From Deltaproteobacteria bacterium (GTDB taxonomy: Bacteria > CG2-30-53-67), in the NCBI GenBank assembly GCA_013151235.1, contig JAADIO010000033.1:1-64000 (forward strand): 64,000 nucleotides of DNA, read 5' to 3'. The translations under genes were made by a program, and so were the position numbers. Of this stretch, positions 1 to 9,329 are shown in pieces; the stretch's first letter is position 1, and each line of letters starts with the position of its first letter. The notes under the pieces were generated by a model. The model had not been told where the DNA came from, did no database searches, and saw only the letters and a program-made list of their open reading frames with translations.

Positions 1-791
1 AGAAAGAGATCTATGAGGAGAGCCGGCACGGCATCGCGTATTCCGACAACAAGACGAAGATGAACCTGGAAAGCGCAAAATGGGTGGTCGGGGAAGACTA
101 CTCCGCTGCTCCTACATGCGCCACCTGCCACATGAGCGCAACACAGACGCAAGCCGTTACCCATGACATCGGGGACCGGATCAGTTGGAACAACCGTCCT
201 CCGGTATCGATCCGGCCGGAAGTTCCGGACAAAAGACTCGGTTTGGCAAATGTTCTCCCCTGGGAGACCCGCCGAAAAAATATGAAAGAGGTGTGCGGGG
301 TCTGCCACTCGTCCGACTATGTGGACGGTTTTTATGTGCAGTATGACGGTCTTGTGAGATTGTATAACGAAAAATTCGGAGAGCCCGGTGTCCGGATCAT
401 GAAGATGTTGAAAAAAGGTAATCTCATCACGAAGCAGCCTTTCGATGAAAAGATCGAGTGGGACTGGTTCGAGATCTGGCACCACCAGGGACGTCGGGCT
501 AGAATGGGCGCCTCTATGATGGGGCCGGACTACACACACTGGCATGGCTTGTATGAAGTCGCGAAGGCTTGGTATATGAATTTTATCCCGGAGGTCAGGG
601 AACGGATCGCTCAGGGGAGGAGTGAAGGCGGAAAGAAGGCCGCCATTGCGGAGAAGCTTGATTCCTACCTGACGAAGGTATTGAACAGCGACAACCACCG
701 ATGGTTCATCGGGAAGATGACTTCCTCTGAAAAGGCGATAAGACAAAAAGAGCGGCAGTTGTTCAAGAAACGTTATCTGCGCAAACAGTAA
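1..791 (+). CDS. HAO-family multiheme cytochrome c, C-terminal part (5' end outside window); reductive (epsilon-Hao-like) type
   Basis: Frame is open from position 3 (KEIYEESRHG...); two CxxCH motifs (CATCH, CGVCH); HAO-family C-terminal motif WHHQGRRARMGASMMGPDYTHWHG. Confidence 0.88.
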   Translation, partial: KEIYEESRHGIAYSDNKTKMNLESAKWVVGEDYSAAPTCATCHMSATQTQAVTHDIGDRISWNNRPPVSIRPEVPDKRLGLANVLPWETRRKNMKEVCGVCHSSDYVDGFYVQYDGLVRLYNEKFGEPGVRIMKMLKKGNLITKQPFDEKIEWDWFEIWHHQGRRARMGASMMGPDYTHWHGLYEVAKAWYMNFIPEVRERIAQGRSEGGKKAAIAEKLDSYLTKVLNSDNHRWFIGKMTSSEKAIRQKERQLFKKRYLRKQ

Positions 792-804
792 CCCCCTGGG
801 GCCG

Positions 805-829
805 CCTCCCGGTCGAGTGGACCGGGAGG
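805..829 (+). terminator. GC-rich hairpin after the HAO-like gene (terminator or mRNA-stabilising stem)
   Basis: CCTCCCGGTC-gagtg-GACCGGGAGG is a perfect 10-bp stem; weak U-tract. Confidence 0.5.
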
Positions 830-972
830 TTGCTCCGCTTATGTGGTTTTCTGTCGGCCCCGCTTCTTCTGAACCGAGCATATTTTCGGGGCGACCCCGG
901 AATGCCGGATCGTGCAAGGGTTTTTTGTGTTCAAAAACCGGTCGGATTCGCCCGACCGGAAAGGAGGCCATC

Positions 973-2232
973 ATGTGTACTGCCGGTTTGACTTCTATGA
1001 TCTCAGGTTTCAGGATGGGGCTGTGGGCTGCGATTATTGTGGTATTCACCGTTCTCGTTCCGGTTACATTCCCTGCCTCTGCCTCGACGGATTTACTCGG
1101 CTACGCAATCCGAAGCGGCAAACCCACGCTTAATCTGCGTTACCGTTTCGAGCGCGTAGACGATGACGCCTTTTCGGACAAAGGCTACGCCTCGACGCTC
1201 CGGACCGCCTTCGGTTATACCACCGCTCGTTGGCGCGGTGTCGCCGCCCGGATCGAATTTCAGGGGGTCACCAACGTCGGCGAGGCCGACAAGCACAACA
1301 ATAAGGGATCCGGATCCGCTTGGAACGGGGTGAGCAACCGTCCCGTGATCGCCGACCCCAACCAGATTGATTTCAACCAGGCGTATCTCGACTGGAAGGC
1401 GGGGGAAGGAACCCGTCTGCTCCTCGGCCGCCAGGAGATTCTGCTCGACAATGTGCGTTTCGTAGGCAACGTTGGGTGGCGCCAGTTTCACCAGTCGTTC
1501 GACGCCGTGAGGCTGACCACGACGAAGATACCGGGTATCCGGCTCACCTATGCCTATGTGCTCAACCAGAACCGGATTTTTGCCGACACCAAGAGGATGA
1601 GCAGCCATCTTCTGAACCTCCGACGCGAGTTCGGGAAGGCCGGTTCCCTTTCCGTCTACGGTTATCTGATCGACTATGACAAGCCGGACGATTCCAGGCT
1701 CTCCACTTCGACTTTCGGCGCTTACTGGCATGGTGGCGTCGGCCTTACCTCCGGTTGGAAGGGACTCTATGATCTGGAACTTGCCCATCAGGTCGACACC
1801 GGTGACAACCCCGGTAACGTGGACGCAAACTATTACCGTACCGTAATCGGAGCGGAGGTCGGTATCTGGACCTTCAAGGTCGGCTACGAACTGTTGGAAG
1901 GCAAACCGGGCGACGGCGCTTTTTCAACCCCGTTCGCGACGTTGCATGCCTGGAATGGGTGGGCTGACAAGTTCCTGAAGACTCCGGCCGATGGACTTGA
2001 GGATCTCACCTTCACTGTGAGCGCCAAGATCTCCTCGTGGAAGTTTGTAGGCGTCTACCATAAATTAAGCGCCGATACGGGCGGCGCCCATTACGGAGGG
2101 GAGATGGATCTCCTTGCCGCCTACACCTCCCCGTGGAAGCAGGTTTTCGCACTCAAGGCTGCTGCCTATAACGCCAATAAGTACTCCACCGATACGACCA
2201 AACTTTGGGTGTTCTCAACCTGGAAATTCTGA
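973..2232 (+). CDS. Alginate-export (AlgE-like) family outer-membrane beta-barrel
   Basis: AAGGAGG before ATG 973; hydrophobic N-terminus; family-like motifs LRYRFERV, GRQEILLDNVRFVGNVGWRQ..QSFDA, FSTPFATLHAWNGWADKFL; C-terminal WKF. Confidence 0.82.
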   Translation: MCTAGLTSMISGFRMGLWAAIIVVFTVLVPVTFPASASTDLLGYAIRSGKPTLNLRYRFERVDDDAFSDKGYASTLRTAFGYTTARWRGVAARIEFQGVTNVGEADKHNNKGSGSAWNGVSNRPVIADPNQIDFNQAYLDWKAGEGTRLLLGRQEILLDNVRFVGNVGWRQFHQSFDAVRLTTTKIPGIRLTYAYVLNQNRIFADTKRMSSHLLNLRREFGKAGSLSVYGYLIDYDKPDDSRLSTSTFGAYWHGGVGLTSGWKGLYDLELAHQVDTGDNPGNVDANYYRTVIGAEVGIWTFKVGYELLEGKPGDGAFSTPFATLHAWNGWADKFLKTPADGLEDLTFTVSAKISSWKFVGVYHKLSADTGGAHYGGEMDLLAAYTSPWKQVFALKAAAYNANKYSTDTTKLWVFSTWKF

Positions 2233-2321
2233 GTGATCCCGCTCGCAAAATGGGGGTCGGCGCAAACCGGACGCCGTTTTTACGACTCGAGTCCTACAGC
2301 CGGGGGTGGAAACAGAGTGCC

Positions 2322-2789
2322 ATGAATACCAAATTCGGCTTGGATTTTTATCAGGTTTTCGATGACTTCCCGGCTGATGCATTCAATCGGAAGCAAAAAA
2401 AGGTGATGATTCTCGAGGATGAACGTCTCCTTTGCTGGGTTTTGGCAGAAAACCTGGTGGATATGGCATGCTCTATCGTGTGCGTGGAAAATGCAGAGGA
2501 GGCGTTCCGTTTCATTGAAAAAATAAAATTTCACCTGATGATTCTGGATTATGGTTTACCGGGTATGACCGGTTTGGACCTCTTGTCCATTCTCAGGAAG
2601 AGAGGGATCACTCTCCCGGTGATTATGATGACCGCAGCGAATGATCCGGAAATTGAAGAACGGGCCACAGGACTTGATATAGTCCATTTTTTTCGGAAGC
2701 CCTTCGGCTCGTATATGCTGAAGAAAATCGTCCAGACTTATTTTGCGACCTCGTGTCGGGACAGATCTATCGGGAGACACAGACCGTAA
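2322..2789 (+). CDS. Single-domain response regulator (REC only)
   Basis: MILEDE, LMILDYGLPGMTGLDLL, IMMTA, FRKPF receiver motifs; start uncertain. Confidence 0.8.
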   Translation: MNTKFGLDFYQVFDDFPADAFNRKQKKVMILEDERLLCWVLAENLVDMACSIVCVENAEEAFRFIEKIKFHLMILDYGLPGMTGLDLLSILRKRGITLPVIMMTAANDPEIEERATGLDIVHFFRKPFGSYMLKKIVQTYFATSCRDRSIGRHRP

Positions 2790-2904
2790 TGTTATGTCTG
2801 CCCAAAATTGCAGGAAAGAAACAGACAGTAAATATTGAGGTGTGCTTGCAGATTTTTCGCGTTATGCTATCCTGAAGAACAGGAACGGCTCAGGGTGCTT
2901 CTAT

Positions 2905-3003
2905 GTTCCTTCCGCAGGCCAAGGCGTGAGGAGCGCAGAACCGGAGGTGCATTTTCCACTGTGATGTTTTTTTTGTCCTTTCATCAGCGTTTTTCAACAA
3001 GCT
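2905..3003. repeat. Degenerate remnant of the palindromic MITE/REP-like element family
   Basis: CAAGGCGTGAGGAGCGCAGAACCGGAGG core resembling the 27985 element, ending TTTTTCAACAAGCT; boundaries approximate. Confidence 0.35.
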
Positions 3004-3025
3004 TATAAAGCATGCTCTCAGTCCT

Positions 3026-4714
3026 ATGAGGTTATTTCATCCTTTTTGTACGAGCCTCAATCTCAAGGTCGTGGTAATGACGATGACGATACTGGTTTCT
3101 ACGCTCGGCACCACCTTCTATGTGATAGAGAAGCGGCAGGAGAGACTGCTCTTTGATCAAGTGACCTCACAGGCGAGGATACTCTTCAAGCAGATTATTG
3201 TGACGCGTCTTTGGGTCGCGCAACATGGCAATATCTATGTTAAACAGGTCCACCGACAGAAAAAAGGCCCGGCAGATGCAGATAGAGATGATGAAATCCA
3301 GGATCAAAGCGGGAGGCGGTATCGGAAGGAGAATCCCGCCGAGGTGACGAGAGAGCTTTCGAAATATGCCCGGAGGACGGGAGAATTCTGGTTTCATATC
3401 ACCAGTTCGAAACTGGTGAATCCCGAGAATGCACCGGATGCTTTTGAGAGAAAGGCACTCCGTAAATTCAAGACAAAGAAGACAAAGGAATGGTCTACCA
3501 TCGAGAAGCGCAAAAGGAATTCTTTTTTCCGTTATGCTGCACCGCTCTATGCCAAGCCTGCCTGTATCAAGTGTCACAAGGAGTACCATGTGGGAGATCT
3601 CCGGGGAGCGATCAGCATTACTCTTCCGATCGGAAAACTGCTCTCCCAGGTGGCCGGGAATAAGCGCACGATGGTTTTCGGGATGGTCGTGATTTCCGCC
3701 CAGCTCTTCGTGGCGCTTCTGCTGACCATGAGGGCCTTTATTATCAACCCCATTTTGAAACTGAAGAGGCTAGTGGAGGCCTATCCCGGGGGAGAGGGGG
3801 CAACATCGGATCCGGTCATTTCCTCCAGAGACGAGTTGGGCCTGTTGTACCGCGCTTTTTCGGAGATGCGGGAGACCATCAATCAGTATCAGCGTTCCCT
3901 GAAGGAGAAAATCCATGCGGCGACGCAGGAATTACAATTGACGAACAGCAAACTCATTGAGACCAATCAACGTTATCAGGAGCTCAGCAACCGGAAATCG
4001 GAGTTCATTTCCATTATTTCACATGAGTTAAGGACACCACTAACCTCCGTGAAAGGAGCCATTGACTTTATTCGTTCAAAGCTCAACATGTTGAACGAGG
4101 AACGTTCTGATCTTCAACTTGACCTCAAGGAGGTGTTGCAATTCCTGGATGTAATCGGCTCCAATGCGGATCGTCTTGTCCGGATGGTCAATGAAACGCT
4201 AGATCTTGAAAAAATTGAATCCGGCCGGGAGGAATTTTATTTTTCAGAATTTTCGATCGGGCCCTTCCTCCGAGAACTGGTATGGGAAATCGACCCCATT
4301 CTTGCCGAAAAAGAGATTGCCCTGAATACCGAGGTTGAAGAAGGGCTGATGGTGTGTGCGGATGAGGACCGGATGAAGGAGGTTATGCTCAACCTGCTTT
4401 CCAATGCCATTCAACATTCGCCGGAGCGCTCGGTCATTACCGTGGAGGGACGGTTGAACGGGCCATGGGTCGTCGTTCGCGTCTCCGATCAGGGAGACGG
4501 GATTCCCGTTGAAGAGCAACAGAAGATTTTCGAGAAGTTCTATAAACGCAGGGAAGGGGGCACGGGTCTTGGGCTGGCGCTTTGCAAGAGCATCCTGGAG
4601 GCTCACCAGGGCGAAATCGGGATTGTCAGCGACGGGGTTCGGGGAAGTACCTTTTACTTCAAGCTACCCGCAATCAAGGTGGAACATGGGAAACCGGATT
4701 CTGGCGATCGATGA
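3026..4714 (+). CDS. Membrane sensor histidine kinase with periplasmic heme-c (DUF3365/Tll0287-like) domain, HAMP, HisKA, HATPase
   Basis: Two TM segments flank NPENAPDAFE...CIKCH; H-box ISHELRTPL; N box NLLSNAI; DQGDGI; GTGLGL. Confidence 0.92.
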   Translation: MRLFHPFCTSLNLKVVVMTMTILVSTLGTTFYVIEKRQERLLFDQVTSQARILFKQIIVTRLWVAQHGNIYVKQVHRQKKGPADADRDDEIQDQSGRRYRKENPAEVTRELSKYARRTGEFWFHITSSKLVNPENAPDAFERKALRKFKTKKTKEWSTIEKRKRNSFFRYAAPLYAKPACIKCHKEYHVGDLRGAISITLPIGKLLSQVAGNKRTMVFGMVVISAQLFVALLLTMRAFIINPILKLKRLVEAYPGGEGATSDPVISSRDELGLLYRAFSEMRETINQYQRSLKEKIHAATQELQLTNSKLIETNQRYQELSNRKSEFISIISHELRTPLTSVKGAIDFIRSKLNMLNEERSDLQLDLKEVLQFLDVIGSNADRLVRMVNETLDLEKIESGREEFYFSEFSIGPFLRELVWEIDPILAEKEIALNTEVEEGLMVCADEDRMKEVMLNLLSNAIQHSPERSVITVEGRLNGPWVVVRVSDQGDGIPVEEQQKIFEKFYKRREGGTGLGLALCKSILEAHQGEIGIVSDGVRGSTFYFKLPAIKVEHGKPDSGDR

Positions 4715-5372
4715 CGATCCGGATATTTTGAACGTTCTGAAGGCGAATCTGGAATTTCATGATTTCCAGGTGGAGTCGGCGATGAACTGCAAAGAGGCCG
4801 AAAAGCGTCTTCAGGAAGCACTGCCCGATCTGATTCTGCTCGACCTGATGCTTCCGGATTGTGACGGTGTGATCTTCTGTAAATCACTCAAGCGGCAATA
4901 CAGTCGGATTCCGGTCATTATGTTGACGGCGCGGGATCGCGTCTCGGATAAGGTCCTGGGGCTGGAGATCGGTGCGGACGATTATCTGGTCAAACCCTTT
5001 GAGACCCTCGAGCTGATCGCCAGGATCAAGGCATGCCTTCGGAGATATAAACATCAGGAGCGGGGCGGGGAGCGGGTGGGGGAGATCGTAATCGATTATC
5101 AGGGACGAGCCGTGACCGTCCGCGGGATTCCGGTGGAATTAACGGCGAAGGAGTTTGATCTTCTCTGTTTCCTGGTGGAAAACGCCGGGCGGGTCCTGAG
5201 ACGTGACACGATCCGGAAATCGCTCTGGAAAAGCTCCAACATTTATTCCTGGTCACGGGTGATCGATGTCCATATTCAGCACTTGAGAACCAAGATTGAA
5301 AAAAATCCTTCTTCCCCTGAATATATACAGACTGTTTCGGGCGTGGGGTATAAGTTTGTCACGGTGGACTGA
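4686..5372 (+). CDS. OmpR/PhoB-family response regulator
   Basis: ILAIDDD, LLDLMLP, GADDYLVKPF, LTAKEFDLL, IDVHIQHLRTKIE, TVSGVGYKF; overlaps the kinase stop. Confidence 0.95.
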   Translation: MGNRILAIDDDPDILNVLKANLEFHDFQVESAMNCKEAEKRLQEALPDLILLDLMLPDCDGVIFCKSLKRQYSRIPVIMLTARDRVSDKVLGLEIGADDYLVKPFETLELIARIKACLRRYKHQERGGERVGEIVIDYQGRAVTVRGIPVELTAKEFDLLCFLVENAGRVLRRDTIRKSLWKSSNIYSWSRVIDVHIQHLRTKIEKNPSSPEYIQTVSGVGYKFVTVD

Positions 5373-5441
5373 TAAAGGGCGATATTCCCAGGTTACGGCT
5401 TGGTGTTTGTTTTGTTCTCATAGTCTGTTGATCACATTTTT

Positions 5442-5537
5442 ACTCCGAGCCTTCGGGTCTAAGTCCGTAGCGGATAGGATCTTCGGCCGACAGGGTAAGG
5501 CGGGAAACGGCCTTACCTCCCGTGTTTGGAAAGGAGT
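5442..5537 (+). ncRNA. Moco/Wco riboswitch (Moco RNA motif), P3-less form
   Basis: P1 ACTCC/GGAGT pairs the SD; CTAAG...TAGG receptor-like P2; CAGGGTAAGGC-gGGAAAc-GCCTTACCT P4; CCCGTGTTTGGAAAGGAG 3' signature; directly upstream of moaA. Confidence 0.9.
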
Positions 5538-5542
5538 TGGAA

Positions 5543-6568
5543 ATGGGGATCTCCTCCCGAAGACCGCATGTCTTTACACGATTTGTTTCCTGTTTGACCG
5601 ATAATTATGGCCGCCAAATCAACTATCTACGGCTGGCGGTGACCGATCGTTGTAACCTCCGATGCCGCTACTGCATGCCGGATGAGGGAATCCCTTTTAT
5701 TCCCCACGACCAAATCCTCCGGTTTGAAGAGATGGAGCGCCTGGTCCGCATCTTTGCCTCGATGGGGGTCCGCAAGGTCCGTCTGACTGGCGGAGAACCT
5801 TTTGTCCGTAAGGGAGTTGTCCCCTTCATCGAGCGTCTCGGAAAAGTCCCCGGCATCGAAGAGATCCATGTCACGACAAACGGTGTCGCAGCCTCAGACC
5901 ATCTTGCGAAACTGAAAGCGGTGGGCCTTTCCGGGATTAACCTGAGTCTGGATACCCTCGACCGCAAACGATACCATCGGATTTGCCGCCGGGATCTTTT
6001 CGCTTCCGTTCTGGAAACCCTTGAAGAGGCACTGAAGGTCGGGCTCTCCCTGAAAATTAACACGGTGATGCTCGATGCATCCGGTGAAGAAGACCTGCTT
6101 GCCCTGGCGGAGCTTGCTCGAACCCGCCCGGTCTCTATCCGGTTCATCGAAAGGATGCCCTTTTCCGGACAGGGGAGGGGATGTCCGCCGGTCTGGTCGG
6201 CGGGAAGGATGGTCCGCCTGTTACAGCAGAAATATTCCGGACTTTCTCTCCGCCTGACCCCGAGGTCCTCTACGTCCCTGCTCTACCGTCTGCCTGGATT
6301 TCTCGGCACCGTCGGGGTAATCGGAAGTTATTCCCGAAGTTTCTGCGCCCACTGTAACAAGGTCAGGATCACCCCCCGGGGGATCTTGAAAAACTGTCTC
6401 TACGACGATGGCACTCTGGACGTCCGGGCACTTCTCCGTACCGGGGTTGACGACCGGGAACTGGTCCGGACACTCCGAGCAGCAATCGAGAGGAAGCCCG
6501 AACACGGCCATGCCGTTGAAGGTTCTCTTGAAGAATGTACGGCCTCCATGGCCACAATCGGCGGATAA
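5543..6568 (+). CDS. moaA: GTP 3',8-cyclase
   Basis: YLRLAVTDRCNLRCRYCMP radical-SAM motif, LTGGEP, FCAHCNKVR..NCL second cluster, C-terminal IGG. Confidence 0.97.
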   Translation: MGISSRRPHVFTRFVSCLTDNYGRQINYLRLAVTDRCNLRCRYCMPDEGIPFIPHDQILRFEEMERLVRIFASMGVRKVRLTGGEPFVRKGVVPFIERLGKVPGIEEIHVTTNGVAASDHLAKLKAVGLSGINLSLDTLDRKRYHRICRRDLFASVLETLEEALKVGLSLKINTVMLDASGEEDLLALAELARTRPVSIRFIERMPFSGQGRGCPPVWSAGRMVRLLQQKYSGLSLRLTPRSSTSLLYRLPGFLGTVGVIGSYSRSFCAHCNKVRITPRGILKNCLYDDGTLDVRALLRTGVDDRELVRTLRAAIERKPEHGHAVEGSLEECTASMATIGG

Positions 6569-6587
6569 CCGGGAGGAGGGATGTAAG

Positions 6588-7355
6588 ATGCATGGATTCA
6601 TCGTTCCGACCTGGTGCGTGGCGTTGATTTTTTCCGGTGTTGCTTTTTTTTATTCCTCCGTAGGGTTGGGGGGCGGTTCTTCCTACACCGCCTTGATGGC
6701 CGTTTTCGGTGCTGGTGTGGAGGTGATTCCGATCCTGTCGTTGACGTTGAATGTTCTCGTCTCTTCTATCGGGAGTCTTCTGTTTTTGCGTTACCGCCAC
6801 CTGCGACTGCGGCTCCTGGTCCCTTTTCTGGTCTCGTCGATTCCTATGGCATACTTCGGGGGGAAGGTGTTCCTTCCAAGGCGATGGTTCTACGGGCTTT
6901 TGCTCGTTTCGCTCCTCTTCGCTGCCGTCCGGATCTACTTCTTCCCAGGGGAAATGGACCGGGTGTTCTGGGAACCTCGGCGGAGAATTTTGATCTCGCT
7001 GGTCTCGGGCGGGATTCTGGGTTTTCTTGCCGGGGCGGTGGGGATAGGTGGCGGAATCTATCTGGTTCCCCTGATTCTGCTGGTCGGTCTCGGAACGACC
7101 AAAGAGGCGGCGGCATGCGGGGCCGTTTTTGTCTGGGTGAATTCCATCTCCGGCCTTCTGGCCCGCTTTCGGTTTCATCCGATCGACATGACACACTATC
7201 TTCCCGTCATTTTTGCGGTCCTGGTGGGCGGGAGCGCCGGGGCCTTTTTCGGGGCGGGAAGATTCTCTCCCCGAAAGATGCAGCGGATTCTGGGCATGAT
7301 CCTGATTGTCGCCGTTCTCCTGCTGGCCCGGAAAATCTTTCTCCTCTCATCGTGA
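6588..7355 (+). CDS. Sulfite exporter TauE/SafE-family membrane protein
   Basis: Multi-TM protein with duplicated motifs SSVGLGGGS and GAVGIGGGIYLVP; GGAGG SD. Confidence 0.88.
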   Translation: MHGFIVPTWCVALIFSGVAFFYSSVGLGGGSSYTALMAVFGAGVEVIPILSLTLNVLVSSIGSLLFLRYRHLRLRLLVPFLVSSIPMAYFGGKVFLPRRWFYGLLLVSLLFAAVRIYFFPGEMDRVFWEPRRRILISLVSGGILGFLAGAVGIGGGIYLVPLILLVGLGTTKEAAACGAVFVWVNSISGLLARFRFHPIDMTHYLPVIFAVLVGGSAGAFFGAGRFSPRKMQRILGMILIVAVLLLARKIFLLSS

Positions 7356-7386
7356 AGAGGGGGACCCTGCAATTTGATGAAAGACC

Positions 7387-8649
7387 ATGAACATGAAGGA
7401 GAAAAAAATGATTTCCGTCCATGAAGCCTTCACCATCCTGCAACGCCATCTTCCGCCGCAACGAGTGGGGAGGGTCTCCCTCGGCGAGGCCCATGGGAGG
7501 GTCCTGGCCCGAGAGATCCGGGCGGAGGAGCCGATTCCCCGTTATACCAATTCCGCCATGGACGGCTTTGCCGTACGCTGGGCGGATGTGAAAAATGCCG
7601 GGAGGAAAACACCGGTTCTGCTGACCCTCGTAGGGGAGAGCCGGGCAGGGGTCCCCTTTTCCGGGACTTTCCAAGGAGGAGAGGCCGTCCGGATCAGTAC
7701 CGGCGCCATGCTCCCCCCCGGTGCCGACACGGTGATCCGGATGGAAGAGGCGAGAGAAACGGACGGTGTTATTTCCATTCTTTCCGCCCCACAAGCAGGG
7801 CAGGATGTGCGCCGGGAAGGGGAGGAATTCCACAAGGGGGACTGTCTGCTCCCCCGTGGGGTCCGCCTCGATGCCCGGCGGATTGCTCTGCCGGCCTCCG
7901 CCGGGATCAAGGATCTTCACGTTTATCTTCCCCCGGCGGTGACGATCCTTGTGACCGGGTCGGAACTCGCCGAAAAGGGGGTGTCCGGAATTCAGGACTG
8001 GCAGATTCACGATTCCAATTCCCTCATGCTTGCCTGTTCCGTCAAAGAGGCGGGGGGAGAGGTGGCCAGGTGCCGACGGGTGGAAGATCAGCTCGATCAG
8101 ACCATCGAAGCGATCAAGGCGGCGGCCCGTGAGGGGGCAGACCTCATTCTGACCTCGGGTGGGGTCTCCGTCGGAGAACATGACCATGTTCGCCAGGCCG
8201 CCGAAGCCGCCGGATTTGAGCAGCTCTTCTGGCGGATCCGCCAGAAGCCGGGGAAACCTCTCTACGCCGCCCGTAAAGACCAAACCCTCCTTATGGGGCT
8301 GCCGGGAAATCCCGTTTCCGCCTTCATTTGTTTTTCCTATTATATCCGCCCCATCATAGCGCATCTATCGGGAATGCCGATGGCCTGGCCCCGCATCGTC
8401 GGCAGAACAGATGAGGAGGTCCGCAATCAGGGAGGGCGAACGCAATTTGTCCGGGTTTCTCTGGACCGGAAATCGGAGAAGGATTTTCTGATCCGGAAAC
8501 TGGAGAAACAGGGGTCCCACATGATCGGCTCAATCGCTCGGGCCGATGGCTACATCCTGCTTCAGCCGGGAGAAGTTCATGCCAAGGGGAGCCCCGCCGA
8601 TGTAGTCCTTTTCGAACAACCATCGTACCAGACGAATCCGGCATTTTGA
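7387..8649 (+). CDS. moeA: Molybdopterin molybdotransferase
   Basis: NSAMDGFAV, ISTGAMLPPGADTVI, SGGVSVGEHD, QKPGKP, GLPGNPVS. Confidence 0.96.
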   Translation: MNMKEKKMISVHEAFTILQRHLPPQRVGRVSLGEAHGRVLAREIRAEEPIPRYTNSAMDGFAVRWADVKNAGRKTPVLLTLVGESRAGVPFSGTFQGGEAVRISTGAMLPPGADTVIRMEEARETDGVISILSAPQAGQDVRREGEEFHKGDCLLPRGVRLDARRIALPASAGIKDLHVYLPPAVTILVTGSELAEKGVSGIQDWQIHDSNSLMLACSVKEAGGEVARCRRVEDQLDQTIEAIKAAAREGADLILTSGGVSVGEHDHVRQAAEAAGFEQLFWRIRQKPGKPLYAARKDQTLLMGLPGNPVSAFICFSYYIRPIIAHLSGMPMAWPRIVGRTDEEVRNQGGRTQFVRVSLDRKSEKDFLIRKLEKQGSHMIGSIARADGYILLQPGEVHAKGSPADVVLFEQPSYQTNPAF

Positions 8650-8660
8650 GAGGGGAAGAA

Positions 8661-9119
8661 ATGGCATCGATTCAGGCGGTTTGTACCAGCTCCAAGAAGG
8701 GGGTCGTGAAAAAGGAACGGGAGCGTGTTGTCCTGAAAGAGAATTGGGGCATCGACGGGGATGCCCATGCCGGGAAATGGCATCGTCAGGTTTCCATGCT
8801 CGCCGGCGAGAGTATCGAAAAGGTCCGGAAGATTCTTCCTTCACTAAAAAACGGCGCCTTTGCCGAAAATATTATTACCGAGGGAATCGACCTCAACACC
8901 TTCAAGAAAGGGGATCGACTCCATCTCGGGGAAAAAGTTGTTCTCGAGGTCACTCAGATCGGCAAGCAATGCCATAACGACGGATGTGCCATCAAAAAAG
9001 CAACCGGTGATTGCATTATGCCGAAGGAAGGAATTTTCACAAAGGTCCTTCACGGTGGCACACTCCGCAAAGGAGATCCCGTAACGCGATTGCTGACGGT
9101 ATCGGACTCGAATTCCTGA
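8661..9119 (+). CDS. MOSC-domain protein
   Basis: GIDGDAHAGKWHRQVSML, GAFAENI, VTQIGKQCH..C..CIMPKEGIF. Confidence 0.92.
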   Translation: MASIQAVCTSSKKGVVKKERERVVLKENWGIDGDAHAGKWHRQVSMLAGESIEKVRKILPSLKNGAFAENIITEGIDLNTFKKGDRLHLGEKVVLEVTQIGKQCHNDGCAIKKATGDCIMPKEGIFTKVLHGGTLRKGDPVTRLLTVSDSNS

Positions 9120-9181
9120 AAATCATGAAGAGGGCGAAAGAAGAAGCCGCAGCGACCCCCGATATTTTTTCAAAATAATAA

Positions 9182-9209
9182 AGTTAACATAATATATCTT
9201 ATCGGAAGT
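9182..9209 (-). other. dif: dif site (XerC/XerD chromosome dimer resolution)
   Basis: Minus strand reads ACTTCCGATAA-GATATA-TTATGTTAACT (11-6-11 layout, conserved XerD arm TTATGTTAA); intergenic, at the gene-orientation switch. Confidence 0.9.
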
Positions 9210-9329
9210 TGATTGCGGCCACATATAGAGCCGTTCCGCCGATACATTAGAAAGAACATTAACTATCCTAAGACTGTTTTTATGTTTTACCAAGGAGCGT
9301 TACAATGGATATTTAAGGTGGATTCGAGG

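Noticed and set aside
973-2232. Alginate biosynthesis/export function
   Set aside because: No alginate synthesis genes nearby; the family name reflects the barrel fold only
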